Counted from the stretch's first letter, positions 1 through 12,199 are shown. The stretch is DNA of 52,788 nt from Chiloscyllium plagiosum (GCF_004010195.1 NC_057755.1:11370351-11423138); one strand, 5' to 3'. Notes: generated by a model not told the origin, from the letters alone. Made by a program: numbers and translations.

Positions 1-364
1 CTCACTCTGTGACTCTATGACACTCCTGCTGTAATCAGACTCCTGTGGGAACACAGTTTAAAGCACTCCTCTCCAGGTTAGCTGCTCTGTCTGTGTCCTT
101 CTTAAGAATAAGATGAAAACATGTTGATATTTTTACTGACCAGAAACAAAGTCAGACCAGTGAGGCAGACTGATTCCCTGGTTAAAAATTAATGAACCAA
201 TCTTGTTTATCTGTGATCTGTTTATCTTCCTACCTTGCCCTGCCTTTTTCTGGAATCTGTTTATAATGTTGCTGCTGGAATCAGGAAATGAAACTGAAAG
301 TATTTCACTGAACACTGATCACCATTTTACTTTGAGCACAAAGCACAGAGATTAATCCTTCACG

Positions 365-706
365 ATGGAAGATGATCTTTCCTGTGCTGTCTGCCATGAT
401 CTGTATAAAGATCCTGTCTTACTCGACTGTGATCACAGCTTCTGTCGATCCTGTGTGACCCAGTACTGGGAGAAAGCTGACACTGCCTGCTGTCCTGTCT
501 GTAGAAAGGAGACTTCCTCCAGGACCCTGAGAGCCCACCGCATTCTCTCCAACATCGTGGAGACATTTGTGAAAAGCGGTGGAGGTGGTGAAATTCAGCA
601 GGAATACAGCCGACACAAGGAGAAACAGAAATTATTCTGTGTTAGAAACGAAAATCGCTTCTCAATAATCGCTCTAGACAAATTCAGGAAAACAAAGTTT
701 TATTAA
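365..706 (+). pseudogene. TRIM-family (TRIM35/39/nuclear factor 7-like) RING + degenerate B-box exon; truncated ORF, probable pseudogene
   Basis: Intact C3HC4 RING (CAVC-x11-CDHSFCRSC-x12-CPVC) in TRIM context (EDDLSC, DPVLLDC, RILSNIVE). The B-box reads YSRHKEKQKLFC..FSIIA, with Zn ligands lost, then TAA. The normal exon end (LEE..AEAYK|gt) continues frameshifted to about 764. Confidence 0.8.
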
Positions 707-1599
707 CAAGTCAAGTCTGCAGAGTCGGGCACCCTTGAAGAAAAGGCGCGCTGAGGCTTACAAAGTCTCCATTATATATAGCACAAGTCCCTCCTCTCCT
801 TGGCTCCAACAAGCCATGGGGTTCACATTCTTAAAAACATCATTATTTTTATCACAAAGTCTGCAACAAATGTTTTCAGAGTCTCTAAAGTTGTTGTTTT
901 TCTCACCCTGTAGTCTTATCAGTCAAAGACTTATTCTTCTCTGTCTGTGCTAGCAGTCTTATCAGTCAAGGACTCATCCTTCCCTGCCTGTGTTAGTGGC
1001 TTCATCAATCAAGAGCCTGCTTGTTTTTACTCTGTTCACAAGTTGTCAGCATTCTGCACAATTTAAACTATTCTACTTTTGAGTATATAAAATGGTTGTT
1101 AGAAAAGAAACAAAAGTTTTGTCTTTTATTATAGATCAGTCTGTGGTCCAGGCACATCTTAAAGTTTAAACCGAAATTACCTCTCACAGTGTGGTCACTA
1201 ATAAATCGAAGCACCTCGAGTATTATTATAAAGGACCAGGCAACTAATTTGTAGCTGTGGGTCTTCTGACTGACTCCTGCTGTTGAAAGGTTAGTGGAGG
1301 TGCTGAGGATGGTTTGCTGGAGGTTGTGCTCTGAGCTGCTTCAGACATTCAGGCAGACCTGAGCATTTGGTGATGATCCAACTCTGGATGGAACATGGCC
1401 ACTGTAGTTACAGCATCTGGGTCTGCAACATGAACAACAAATGGAGCAGAGACTGCAGAGAGGGGAAGCTCTGAAACCACGGAGTGAGTGTGTGTGGGGG
1501 GAAAGGGATCTGCTGTATCCAGCACAGGTTTTCCAAGAACAGCTTCCCAAGCTACAGTTAACCCAGGAGCAGACTGTGAGGCAACCCTGATTGTATAAA

Positions 1600-2300
1600 G
1601 TTAAAAATCACACAACACCAGGTTATAGTCCAACAGGTTTAATTGGAAGCACACTAGCTTTCGGAGCGACGCTCCTTCATTCGGTGATTGTGGAGGGCTC
1701 GATCATAACAGAGAATTTATAGCAAAAATTTGCAGTGTGATGTAACTGAAATTATACATTGAAAAATTAACTGTCTGTTAAGCCTTTCATCTGTTAGAAT
1801 ACAGTGATAGTTTCACTTCTTTCATGTGTAAATCACAAAACCCTTTTTTTAAAGTTGCATTCTCGGGTTAGCTGTTAACAATGGTGATAGCTAGACAATA
1901 TGTTGAAGTGTTAGCCCCCCCGTGTTCTCTGTCTATGACCTGATGTTTAGATTGATTCTAATCTAAAAAGTGAGATAACAGAGTTTTACATAAATTCATG
2001 CAGTTTTTGAGCTCAGAGTTCTACATGAATTTTTGCAGTTTTTGAGCAAAGTGCAATGTAACTCTGCAAGTACAAATTCACCCCACAAAATATATGTGTG
2101 CATGTGCGTCTTTGTCTGTCTGTGTGTGTGTGTCTGGGGTAGGGGTTGTGAGTGTGAGAAAGTGTGTGTGTGTAGTGAGTACAGAGTGTCTTAAGTCTGT
2201 GAGGGGGTGCATGTGTGGGAGTGTGTGTGTCTATAAGGGTGTGTGTGGGTGTCTGTGTGCGTGTCTGTGTGTACCTGTGTCCGTGTGTATGTGAGATTGT
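1600..2300 (-). mobile_element. Penelope-like element terminal repeat (family with AAAAATCACACAACACCAGG end) with (GT)-rich microsatellite
   Basis: The same terminus recurs at 7278 and 19076. It carries a hammerhead-like motif at 1652-1686 and a TG-rich tract at about 2090-2295. Confidence 0.6.
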
Positions 2301-3436
2301 CACATGTATGCAATGTTTTCTCGCTCAGAAGGGAACTTCTGGATGAATTCTTGTTTTCCCAGTATAGTGAAATTCCCGATAGTGTACATGGCTCTGGGAG
2401 GTTCCCTTTTCAATCTGGGAGATGATGGATATGTCACCCACTCCTGCCTGGTGGACAGTTAGAGGAACTGAAGGAACTCTCGTTCAGTTAATGTTGCAGT
2501 GTCACCAAGCACAGTATATAATGTTGGTGAATACCCACTCTCCTGGCAGCAGCCACAGCCTCTTCATTCAGAAGCAGTCAGCCATTTCCATCGTCTTCGG
2601 GTCTCCATATAGAAAGAAAGGATAAAGACCATCCCTTTGATACACAGCTCAAACAGTTTCTCCCTAATTACTCCCCGCTACCAACCAATCACATCAAAGT
2701 ATCCCATGCGTACTGAGAACAATGGAGCCACTGGGAACATCAGGGAGCAGACCGTCAGGCAGATGGAGCAACACTTCCGATATCTGAATGGGTCAGAGTG
2801 AACACTCCAGTAGACACTGTATCACCAAGTCCTACAATCTCTCTCCATTTCAGTAGCATTCTGACTTCCATTGTTCCTGAAAAACAAAACATGACAAGTG
2901 ATATCACATTATATTGCACCTGCCAAACTATAATCCATTGACTTTATCTGTTTATATCCATTTCAGACTCACCAATTTCTCTTCATAGTTTAATTTCCGG
3001 CTTCTCTTAATATTATCACCATACTGAGTTGCAGTCCATCTGTTCCACTCCTCCAAATAATTGATATCGATTGTAAATAGTTGTGGATCCAACACCGGTC
3101 ACTGTGTGTCTCCACTTGATGTGTTCTGTCAAATTGATCAAAACTGACTTATCCTGAGTATCTGTTTGATAACCAGTGCCCCATCTACTTCCCCTCCCCC
3201 ATTCCTCTACAGCACGTTGGAAGGGTTGAATATGAACGAGGCACATCAGTCTGCAATTCAGGCCCTCGAGCCTGCTGCACCATTTAATGTGATCATGGCA
3301 GATGTCGGCTCGGCCTCAGTTCCACTTTCCTGCCTGCTCTCCATATCCCTTCATTTGCTCATTGTCCCAGCTTCCACTACATTCTGGAGTAAGGAATTTG
3401 AAACAATTAGGTTATCCTCACCCCTGTTTTAAATAG

Positions 3437-3680
3437 AGTCATAGAGATGTACAGCACGGAAACAGACCCTTTGGTCCAACCTGTCCATGCCGACCAAATA
3501 TCCCAACCCAATCTAGTCCCACCTGCAAGCACCTGGCCCATATCCCTCCAAACCCTTCCTATTCATATACTCATCCAAATGCCTCTTAAATGTTGCAATT
3601 GTATCAGCCTCCACCACTTCCTCTGGCAGCTCATTCCATAAATGTACCACTCTCTGTGTGAACAAGTTGCCTCTTTTATA
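3437..3680 (-). mobile_element. CR1 LINE 3' end fragment
   Basis: AGAGTCATAGAGATGTACAGCACGGAAACAG is the reverse of the (GACTCTAT) tail; a similar copy is at 48420. Confidence 0.7.
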
Positions 3681-3756
3681 TTTTTAAATCTGCCGAACCC
3701 TGTCCTAAAAGTATGATCTGGATGTAAGTTTGCTCGCTAAGCTGGAAGGTTCGTTT

Positions 3757-3796
3757 TCAGACATTTCATCACCATATGAGTTAATATCATCAGTGA
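3757..3796 (-). ncRNA. Degenerate type I hammerhead ribozyme motif in a Poseidon-type PLE terminal repeat fragment (about 3710-3810)
   Basis: Minus strand reads UCA-CUGAUGA-U-AUUAAC ucauau GGUGAU-GAAA-UG-UC-UGA. Helix I UCA/UGA pairs; helix II and the palindrome are decayed. Confidence 0.5.
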
Positions 3797-3804
3797 GCCT
3801 CCGA

Positions 3805-4258
3805 TGAAAGATTTCTTGTTTTGGAATGAGGAAATATCCACTCTACATCTACGTTGTCAATCCCCTTCAGCATCTTACAGACCTCATGAGATCTCCTCTC
3901 ATTCTTTCAACTCCAAAGAGTTTAGGCCTGAATGGTCAAATCTCTCTTCAAAAGACAAATTCCTCATCTCTGTAATCAATCTAGCGAACCTCTCCTCTAC
4001 TGCCTCCAATGCAACAGCATCCCTCCTCCAGTCAATGCAACAAAGCTGAACACAGTACTCCAGTTGTGATCTCACTACTGCCTTACATAATTGTGGCAAC
4101 ACTTTCCTACTTATATACTCTCCCCTTTTAGAAATAAACACTGAAATTGCACTTACCTTTCTCATTACCTGCTGTACCCGCAAGCCGGTTTTCTGTGATA
4201 TGTACGGGGACATCCAGATCCTTCTGCATCTAAACACTTTGAAGTTTCCCTCCATTTA
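3805..4258 (-). mobile_element. CR1 LINE ORF2 C-terminal fragment
   Basis: ORF 3899..4255 contains LCKAVVRSQLEYCVQL..ALEAVEERFARLI, the CR1 C-terminal motif (LVRPHLEYCVQFW). Confidence 0.8.
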
Positions 4259-4276
4259 GACAACCATTAGTTGCAT

Positions 4277-4579
4277 GCACGGTGGCATAATGGTTAGCCT
4301 TGCTGCCTCACAGTGCTGGAGACCTACCTTCAATTCCCGCTTCTGGCGACTGACTGCGTGGAGTTTGCACATTCTCCCTGTGTCTGCGTGGGTTTCTTCT
4401 GGGTGCTTCGGTTTCCTCCCACAGTCCAAATATGTGCAGGTTAGATGAATTGGCCATGCTAAATTGTCCGTAGTGTTAGGTGAAGGGGTAAGTGTAGAGG
4501 GATGGGTTGCTCTTCGGCGGTCGGTGTGGACTTGTTGGGCCGAAGGGCCTGTTTCCACACTGTAAGTAATCTAATCTAA
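4277..4579 (+). mobile_element. HE1-type tRNA-derived SINE
   Basis: tRNA-like head with A/B boxes, conserved core TGGAGTTTGCACATTCTCCC, CR1-like tail GGCCGAAGGGCCTGTTTCC and (AATCT)n. Confidence 0.85.
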
Positions 4580-4779
4580 GTAGAGTCAACCAGCAGGATC
4601 ACCAATCCTAGCCTGGTGAGTCGGCAGTTACAAATACACTTTTGAACAGGAATTGGTACTCTTCTTATTGACCAATCAAATCATGATTTCATGATTTAGC
4701 AATATAACAAATATAACATTCTGGTCTTCCTACATTCCAGTCTCGATAGCTGGAATGTCCTGCTTTGGTTCCTAAGTAA

Positions 4780-5320
4780 GACTCCAGGTCTGCTTGCCCT
4801 CCTCTTATTGATGTGTAAGAGGCGTGAGGACTTATGACATCTTCCTGTTGCTGTATAACAGTTTGAGGGGTTGAAGGGCCTCTTCATATTCCCCCATACT
4901 GAATGGTCTACTCCTGCATCCCTGAATTGGAATTGAGAGAGTGATTTGTCTCCTCCTGTTCCCATACAACAAATACGTAGCTGAATTCACTTCTGCTTTC
5001 CCATTAAACCATCTCAAATAATTTTATTACCTTCGCCAATTCGCATGCAACAGGCTAGGTTTGCAGAATGGCCTCCTCTTATTCCAATGTACCAAGCCCC
5101 AGTCATTTTGTGATCTCTTCCATTTCCTGTGTTACTGACTGAGGAGACTGAATGGATAGATCGTGTTGCTGTGTAACAGGATACTGGTGCTGGATAGCCT
5201 ACTCTGGGTCCAGTGTTATAGGCTCATGGGGCTGATTGGCCTCTTCCTGTAACTGTATATCAGGCTTCAGGGGCTGAATAGCTTTGCCCTATTCTGGTGT
5301 AACATGATCGAAGGCCTGAG
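4780..5320 (+). repeat. Degenerate ~40-bp tandem repeat derived from the CR1 3' tail
   Basis: Recurrent units of the form AGGCT..GGGGCTGAATGGCCTC.TCCTGT..CTGT.TAAC. Confidence 0.5.
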
Positions 5321-6880
5321 TATATCTCACCCAAATCTACTATCAATCTCCCCAGAGCTCACATCACTCAGATTCCATTGAATCTGGGAAGGTGGAGGTT
5401 AGAAACAGCAAGGAGAAGCAAACATTGGTGGGAGTTATATATCAAAGTCAAAGTTGCAATAGAAATGTTGGGCATGTTACAAAATAGGAAGTTGGATGTA
5501 CAAGTTTATGGGTACTGCAGTAATAAGGGATGAACTCAAGTTACATCTGAACTGTGTTAACCCAAGTGAATGCTAATGCTGGGGAAAATGTATTTCATGA
5601 GGTGGTTTGTTATAACAATATGTTGTTGTGTGATCAGAAGAGCTAATTGAAAACCTTGCTGCAAAGGAGTTTTTGGGAGTAGTGATTATAATATATTGAA
5701 TTTTATAGGATGCATGAATATAAAATGGATTTTGTTCATTTTCGAAGTTCCAGTCATAAACCATGAAGGTGTGAAGGGCAGGTTGGCTTCAGTGAGTTGG
5801 AAAAGTACATTAAAAGATTTAATGAAAGACAGACATTATCTGTTATTTATAGAAACACTGTAAGATGAATAATATACAAATATCCCTCCAAGGTGCTAAC
5901 AGAAAAGGTAAAGATGATTAAGAAAAGAAGTTAAAGATTGCATTAGATCAAAGAAAGCAGCTTATAAAACTGCCAGACATTGCGGTAAGCCAATAGATTC
6001 ACAGAAATTAGGATGCAGCAAAAGAGGGCTAAGACGTTGATAAAATCAAAAAGAGAACATGAATACAAACTAACAGGAAACATAAATACGTCTGAAAAGC
6101 TTGCATTCAAATTTCAAAGGGGAAATAAATGCAAGGCTAAATGTGGAAAAGTGAATGAACGGACAGAATAATTTATTATAGAGAATAGAGAAATACAGGG
6201 AAACGCAACAGTAACTTTGTGTCTGTCTTCATGGAGGAAAATCTCCCAGAAATCCCACGTGTCCATGGGACTTGTGTAACTAAAGACTAAAATCATTCAT
6301 GTCAGCAACTAAGTAGTTAAAAATCACACAAACCAACCGACTCCCACAGCTACCTGGACTACACCTCCTCCCATCCTGCCCCCTGTAAAAACGCCATCCC
6401 ATTCTCCCAATTCCTTCGTCTCCGCCGCATCTGCTCCCAGGAGGACCAGTTCAAAATACGTACAACCCAGATGGCCTCCTTCTTCAAGGACCGCAATTTC
6501 CCCCCCGACGTGGTCGACGGTGCCCTCCACCGCATCTCCTCCACTTCCCGCTCCCCCGCCCTTGAGCCCCGCCCCCCCAACCGCCACCAGGACAGAACCC
6601 CACTGGTCCTCACCTACCACCCCACCAATCTCCATGTACAGCGCATCACCCGCCGTCACTTCCGCCACCTCCAAACAGACCCCAGCACCAAGGATATATT
6701 TCCCTCCCCTCCCCTATCAGCTGTCCGTAGAGACCACTCCCTCCGCGACTCCCTTGTCAGATCCACACCCCCCACCGACCCAACCACCACTCCCGGCACC
6801 TTCCCTTGCAACCGCAGGAGGTGCAACACTTGCGCCCACAGAACAGCACAGCAGGTCAGGCAGCATCTAGGGAACAGAAG

Positions 6881-6916
6881 ATTCGACGTTTCGGGCACAT
6901 GCCCTTCTTCAGGAAT
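6881..6916 (-). ncRNA. Minimal type I hammerhead ribozyme
   Basis: Minus strand reads AUUC-CUGAAGA-A-GGGC augu GCCC-GAAA-CG-UC^GAAU, with intact core and 4-bp helices I and II. Confidence 0.8.
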
Positions 6917-7183
6917 GAGCAGAGAGTGTTCAGCAGGAGAAGATAAAAGGTAGGGAGGAGGGACTTGGAGGAGGGGAGTTGGAAGTGGAGGAGATGCGGT
7001 GGAGGGCACCGTCGACCACGTCGCCTTCCTGACCTGCAGTCTTCTTGTTGACCTCTCCGCCTCCATCCTACTCCGACCTATCACCCTCACCTTGACCTCT
7101 TTCCACCTATCACATTTCCAACGCCCCTCCTCCAAGTCCCTCCTCCCTACCTTTTATCTTCTCCTGCTGAACACTCTCTGCTC

Positions 7184-7219
7184 ATTCCTGAAGAAGGGCC
7201 TGTGCCCGAAACGTCGAAT
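7184..7219 (+). ncRNA. Minimal type I hammerhead ribozyme
   Basis: AUUC-CUGAAGA-A-GGGC cugu GCCC-GAAA-CG-UC^GAAU; predicted cleavage after C7215. Confidence 0.8.
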
Positions 7220-8279
7220 CTCCTGTTCCCTGGATGCTGCCTGACCTGCTGTGCTGTTCCAGCAATAAAGTTTCAACAAAAATCACACAACAGCAGGTTA
7301 TAGTTCATGGGGTTTATTTGGAAGTAAGAGCTTTCGGAGTGTTTCTAAATGTACTTGTATAGTAGCTGTATAGATGGACTATAGCCTGTTGTATGATTTT
7401 TCACTTTGCCCACCACAGTCCAATGCTAGCACCTTGACATCATGGCAACCTGCGATGAGGTAATACTTGAAAACATAACCGGATTGAGGATTTAAAAGTC
7501 TGAACGAGCAGATGGACTTCATACCAGGATTTCGGAGGAAGTAGCAATAGATGAATGCATTCTATTGGGGGTCACTATGCTATTTTTGAAACATTCTGCA
7601 AAAGCAAAAAACTATTCTGGATAAGAAGGTTACAAACGTAACTCAACTAGTTTAAAAGGGAAGGAGAGGGAGAGTGACGAACTGCAGACCAGTTAACTTG
7701 TCACCTGCAGTAAGTAAAGTGTTGTAATCTAATATAAAGGATGTGATATTGGATATTTAGAAAGTAATAGTGAAATTGTAAAGAATGATAATGCATCTCT
7801 GCAAAGAATCATAACTGGCAAACTTTTGTTGAAATTGTTTGAATATATTTCTTGTAGACATAGGCAATGGAGAATCACCGGATGTGGTACAGCCAGATAG
7901 TCAAGGGGATATTTTTCAGAACTCACACAGTGAATTAATACGTAAAATTTAAATGAAGGGTATCAGGATGTACATTGCAAACTGAAATGTTAAAGTGAAT
8001 TTGACCTTCAATTTAAAGAGATTCGGAATATAGAAGTAAAGACGTCCTGTACCAATCGCAGTTGGTGAGACTGTGCCCAGAGTATTGTGTACAGTTTTGG
8101 TGTTCCAATACAAGAAAGAATGTACTGAACACAAAGGAAATATAATGGAATTACTGTAGATTAATGCCCTAGACAGCAAGAATGAGGAAACTCGGTCTGT
8201 TTTGTTGAGAGTTTCAAAGAATAAATGGTAATCACAGTAAAACTAAGCAAATTCACACAGAGGGGACTAATACAGGGTC

Positions 8280-9950
8280 ATGGAGAAATGTGAGCAGGCA
8301 AGGTTCAGGAAATCCCCAAGATATTCTGCAAGTACATCAACTAGACCAGGATAACCAGAGATCAATTAGCTTCCATTAGAAACCAAGGGGGAAATCTGGG
8401 GTAAAGCTGGAGAACATTGACAGATTGTTACACGAGTGCTTTGCAAATGTTTTGCTTGCGACAAGAAGGATGCAAGTACAGAATTCGAGAAGATGGACTG
8501 TGAGGCTCTTGAGCAGATTGCTGCATGATGCAATTGCGGATTAATATAAAATTGGTCAAATCCTCCAGATGAGTTTTATCTCAAGGGGCTACTGGAGACA
8601 AGGGAGAAAGCTCACTGACCCAAATTTTAATTAGAATCTAGCCACAGGGTAGGTACCAAAGGATTGGAGAAAAGCTAATGTGGTTCCACTTTACAGGAAG
8701 GATGACAGAGATAGCCCAGGGAACGATAGATCAGTGAGTATCAGATCAGTGTTAAGGAAACTATTGTGGAAAATAGGGAAAGTAGATCACCTTTAGACTG
8801 GCACAGTTTAATCAGGGATAGTCAGCATGACTTTATCAGAGCGAAGTCATGGCAAATGAATTTTATTTATATTTTTTCAAGGAGATCATTTAAATCATCA
8901 AGGCCTTTGACAAAGTTCCACATGGGAAACTGACAAAGAAAGTAAAATCTCATGGTGTCAAGGGTAACTTTGCAAGTTACATCCAAAATTGTCTTAGTGG
9001 CAGGAGCCAGAGGGTGGTGGTAGAAGGTAGTTTGTGTAACTGGAGACAAGTGGCTGATAGTGTACCACAGGGATCCATGCAGTGTCCCTTATTATTTGTG
9101 GGAATCGTAAATAATGCAGATGTGAATGTGGATGGAGGTGTGAGGAGTGTGACAAGTAAGTTTGTGTTTGACATAAAGATTGACAGAGTGGTTGGCAGTG
9201 AGGAGTAAGATTGTATATTGCAGGAAGATATAGATGGAATGGTCAGGTGAGCAGATCAACGGCAGATGGAATGTAACCCTGATAAATTGGAAGATGGGCC
9301 CACAAAGAGGCAGCACGCTAGGAAGCTCAGAGGGTGCTTCTCCACAGATCCCTGAATGTTACTGGACAGGGTAATAGGCTGCTTAAGAAGGCATAGCGGA
9401 CTGTAGGGCATAGGCACAGCTTGTATTCATCGAGGCACACTTTACAAGAGCTGTACAGACATTGGTTAAGCCAAGATGGAATACTGTGTGCAGTTCTGGG
9501 AGCCACATTACAGGAAGTATGTGATTGCACTGGATGGGATGCAGCAGAGATTCACCAGGATGTTCCCTTGAATGGAACATATCAGCTATGAAGGGAGGCT
9601 GGATAAGTATGGATTGCTTACTTTGGAGCAGAGGAGACTGAGTAGGGTGTGATTCAGAAGTATAAGATTATGAGGGGCATGAACAGGCAGCAGCTGTTCC
9701 TTTTAGAGAAAGGGCCAAGAACAAGGGAGCACACTCTTAAAGTGAAGGGTTTGAGGTTTAGAGAGGATTTGAGAATTGCTTTTCAGCAGAGGCTGTTGGG
9801 GTTGGAAATGCAGCTCCTGAGAGGATAATTGTCACGGGTAAGCTCACAACTGTTATAAGGTACTGGGATGAGCACTTGAAGTGTCATAACATTCAAGGCT
9901 GTGAGCCTTCTGTCAGAATGTGGGACTAATGCAGATCGTCCTGTACTTCT
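8280..9950 (+). mobile_element. CR1 LINE ORF2 RT fragment to 3' end
   Basis: VPQGSMQCPLLF (ORF 9014..9208), AFDKVPH-like motif near 8900, C-terminal EYCVQFW.PH motif near 9480. Confidence 0.8.
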
Positions 9951-9989
9951 GATGGCACCAGAGTTATGTGGTTTGTTTATGGAAGGGAG

Positions 9990-11400
9990 CAGCATAAGAC
10001 AGGAATTGATGGGTTTCTGAAGAGTATATTAACAAGGGCTATAACAGTGAGCTGTCATAACTTCTGCAAGTATGCCAATGGGAAAGGTTAGAGAAAACAA
10101 GTGCAGCTTTCTTACAGACTGAAACCAGAGAAAGGAGAGCACAGAGGTTGCACAGAAAAAAAACCAAAAAAAATCTTTCCAACAATACGAGGAAGTTTAA
10201 ATCTGGTGAGAAAAAGAGAATAGAAAGAAATTAATCAATAACAGTTTTGCAGAAATTATTTTAACTGAAAGGAACGGGCATAGACAAAATCAACATACAT
10301 TTGTGAATTGGGAATCATATTTGAGAAACGAACTACTCGATGAATTATGAAGAACAATGGATGCAATGCATTTGGATTTTCAGAAAGATTTTTGATAAAG
10401 ACCCAAGCATAGTGTACAGAATCAAACCTTACGGGATTGTGGCTAATATATGGACATGGTTTTAGAATGGGACAGGTGACAGAAAACAGTGAGTAGACTT
10501 TGTGATGCTGGTTTTATTGTCAGGTATATTTTACAGTAGAAATGCAGTAAAATACAGTGAAACACTTTAATTTGTCACTATAAAATGGTGAACAATTTAA
10601 GAAAGCTGCAGCTTGAAGCGTGATCATTGGTCCTGAGCCAACTCATCACCATTAAAGATGCCTGGACTGCCATCATTCCACAACCGCTTCACCACTAGGC
10701 TGATACTCCTCTACGATCACCTCATTGTGCCCTGCACCAACCCCATCATTGTCAGATTCTTATCTCTCACCTCTAGGCCAACCTCATCGATGTTGCTGTG
10801 ATGCCCTTCCACCATCACTTTGCCACCACCAGCGTTGGACTGAACAAACAAAGAGGTCACTGATTCTCAGACAGCATATTTTGCCACTGGGCCTATCTCA
10901 CTGCTGTCCCCTCTGTTGCTGTCGCAGCCACCAATTCCAGGTGCCGTGCTTGTTCTGGAAAAGCATTCTCCTCTGGCCTCGGTCTGGCTTGAGGTCCACT
11001 CCCTAGACCCCAGACAAAGTCTGCTCCCTGGGCCCAACTTGAGGTCTGCTCCCTGGGCCCTGCTTGAGACCACTGAAGAAGTGTGTTTTGGGGTCTCGCC
11101 ACTGCCGATAATGTCCAAGGTCAGTAAGTTAAATAAAAGAAGAGAACAAAAGTTACATTAAAAAAGCCCTACTCCAATGCCATCTTGGACCAAAAACATT
11201 GGAATAAAAGGTGTGGAGGGCACTTGGGGTATTGCAGTGATCTGTGCTTGGGCCTCAGTTATTCCCAATATATATCAAACATTTGGTTGAGGGAATCAAA
11301 TGCAATATTTCCAAGTCTGCTGATGGCACCAAACAATGTTACAATGTGAATGGTATGGAGGATGTAAAAAAGCTCCAAGGTGTTGAGACAAGTGGAGCGA
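9990..11400 (+). mobile_element. Old CR1 RT fragment split by the 10508-11192 insertion
   Basis: LDFQKxFDK-like stretch near 10370; LGPQLFPIYIKHL..KSADGTK near 11250-11330. Confidence 0.6.
10508..11192 (-). mobile_element. Short non-autonomous LINE derivative (L2/Rex-Babar-like ends)
   Basis: Minus strand starts with CCAAGATGGC and ends with ...ACTGTATTTTACTG...TGACAATAAAACC. No RT is present, and it interrupts a CR1 fragment. Confidence 0.4.
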
Positions 11401-11579
11401 ATGAGTCAAAACCTTATGGGGAAGCATTTCATTTGGGGAGGGGTAATTGCAATGCTACTAGGCAGAAACTGTCAAGCATAAACTGGGAACACATATTCTC
11501 AGGAAAATGCATGACAGAAATGTGGAGGTTGTTTGGGGAGCACTTGCTGCGAGTGCTGGATAGGTTTGTCCTACTGAGG

Positions 11580-12199
11580 TGTTACGTCATGACGGTGAAC
11601 CATTCTGTTAATTAAACCAAACACAGAAAAGCTCACCTGACCTCATAATCTGCTAAAATATGAGAGACAGAGAACTCCCAAATTCCACTATTTAAAGAAA
11701 ATAACATCAATTTATTTTTTAACACAACAACTATTCACAACTCTAAGTCTCCTTTCTCTTAACTGCTTATTATCTGCTTCCAACTCTGTAACAATATGCT
11801 GTTCCAATAAGACATTTATTAAAATTACATCAACATAATTTCAACACCACACAGCCACTATCATTTTCGGTGTCTGTCTTCATCCGGCTGAGGATCTCCC
11901 TGAGTCGTCTTCTTCCTTTTTACTGCAAACATGTTTTCTTTGATAGAGAATATTTCCTAATTTCTTGAGTTTCTCTCGATGGTAGTTGCTCTGTCCCTGA
12001 TTGGTTAAATTTGAATTGTTGTCAAAACAGGAACCAAAACTCAGAAATCCATTTATCAGACGAATGTTACATATTTTCAATTTTCCAGTACACTTTGAAA
12101 CTGCCATCTAGTCATATATGCACGTGTTTGTAATCTCTCAGTTCAGAATAGCAGTCTCTCTCTCTTAAAGATACAGTACAAGCCTACAACTTCATAACA
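11580..12199 (-). mobile_element. 3' LTR of a Gypsy element
   Basis: TGTTA...TAACA inverted termini; polypurine tract AAGAGGAGG (minus) immediately adjacent at 12200-12208. Confidence 0.75.

Larger units (their letters stand above)
6332..7277 (+). mobile_element. Young Neptune-type PLE insertion: RT C-terminus/linker plus inverted pair of terminal repeats; 13-bp TSD
   Basis: Open frame PTDSHSYLDYTSSHPAPCKNAIPFSQFLRLRRICS...CNRRRCNTC (6335-6840). Inverted pLTR at 6841-about 6985, sense pLTR to 7277. TSD AAAAATCACACAA at 6319-6331 and 7278-7290. Confidence 0.9.
5390..8260 (+). mobile_element. Old decayed CR1 ORF2 interrupted by nested PLE insertions (6316-7445)
   Basis: Endonuclease-linker-RT remnants, e.g. 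an NYRPVSL-like stretch near 7680 and C-terminal GAGTATTGTGTACAGTTTTGG near 8080. Confidence 0.6.

Noticed and set aside
2013..2425. His/Thr-rich and Cys/Val-rich ORFs
   Set aside because: Translations of a (GT)n microsatellite.
2300..2700. Non-repeat stretch as a possible further TRIM (PRY-SPRY) exon
   Set aside because: No LDP.TA, WEV or similar motifs in the frames I examined.
4256..4558. Recurrent ORFs with CGRKPEHPEETHADTGRMCKLH (also 16717, 17638, 37880, 47537)
   Set aside because: Antisense translations of HE1 SINEs, not a gene family.
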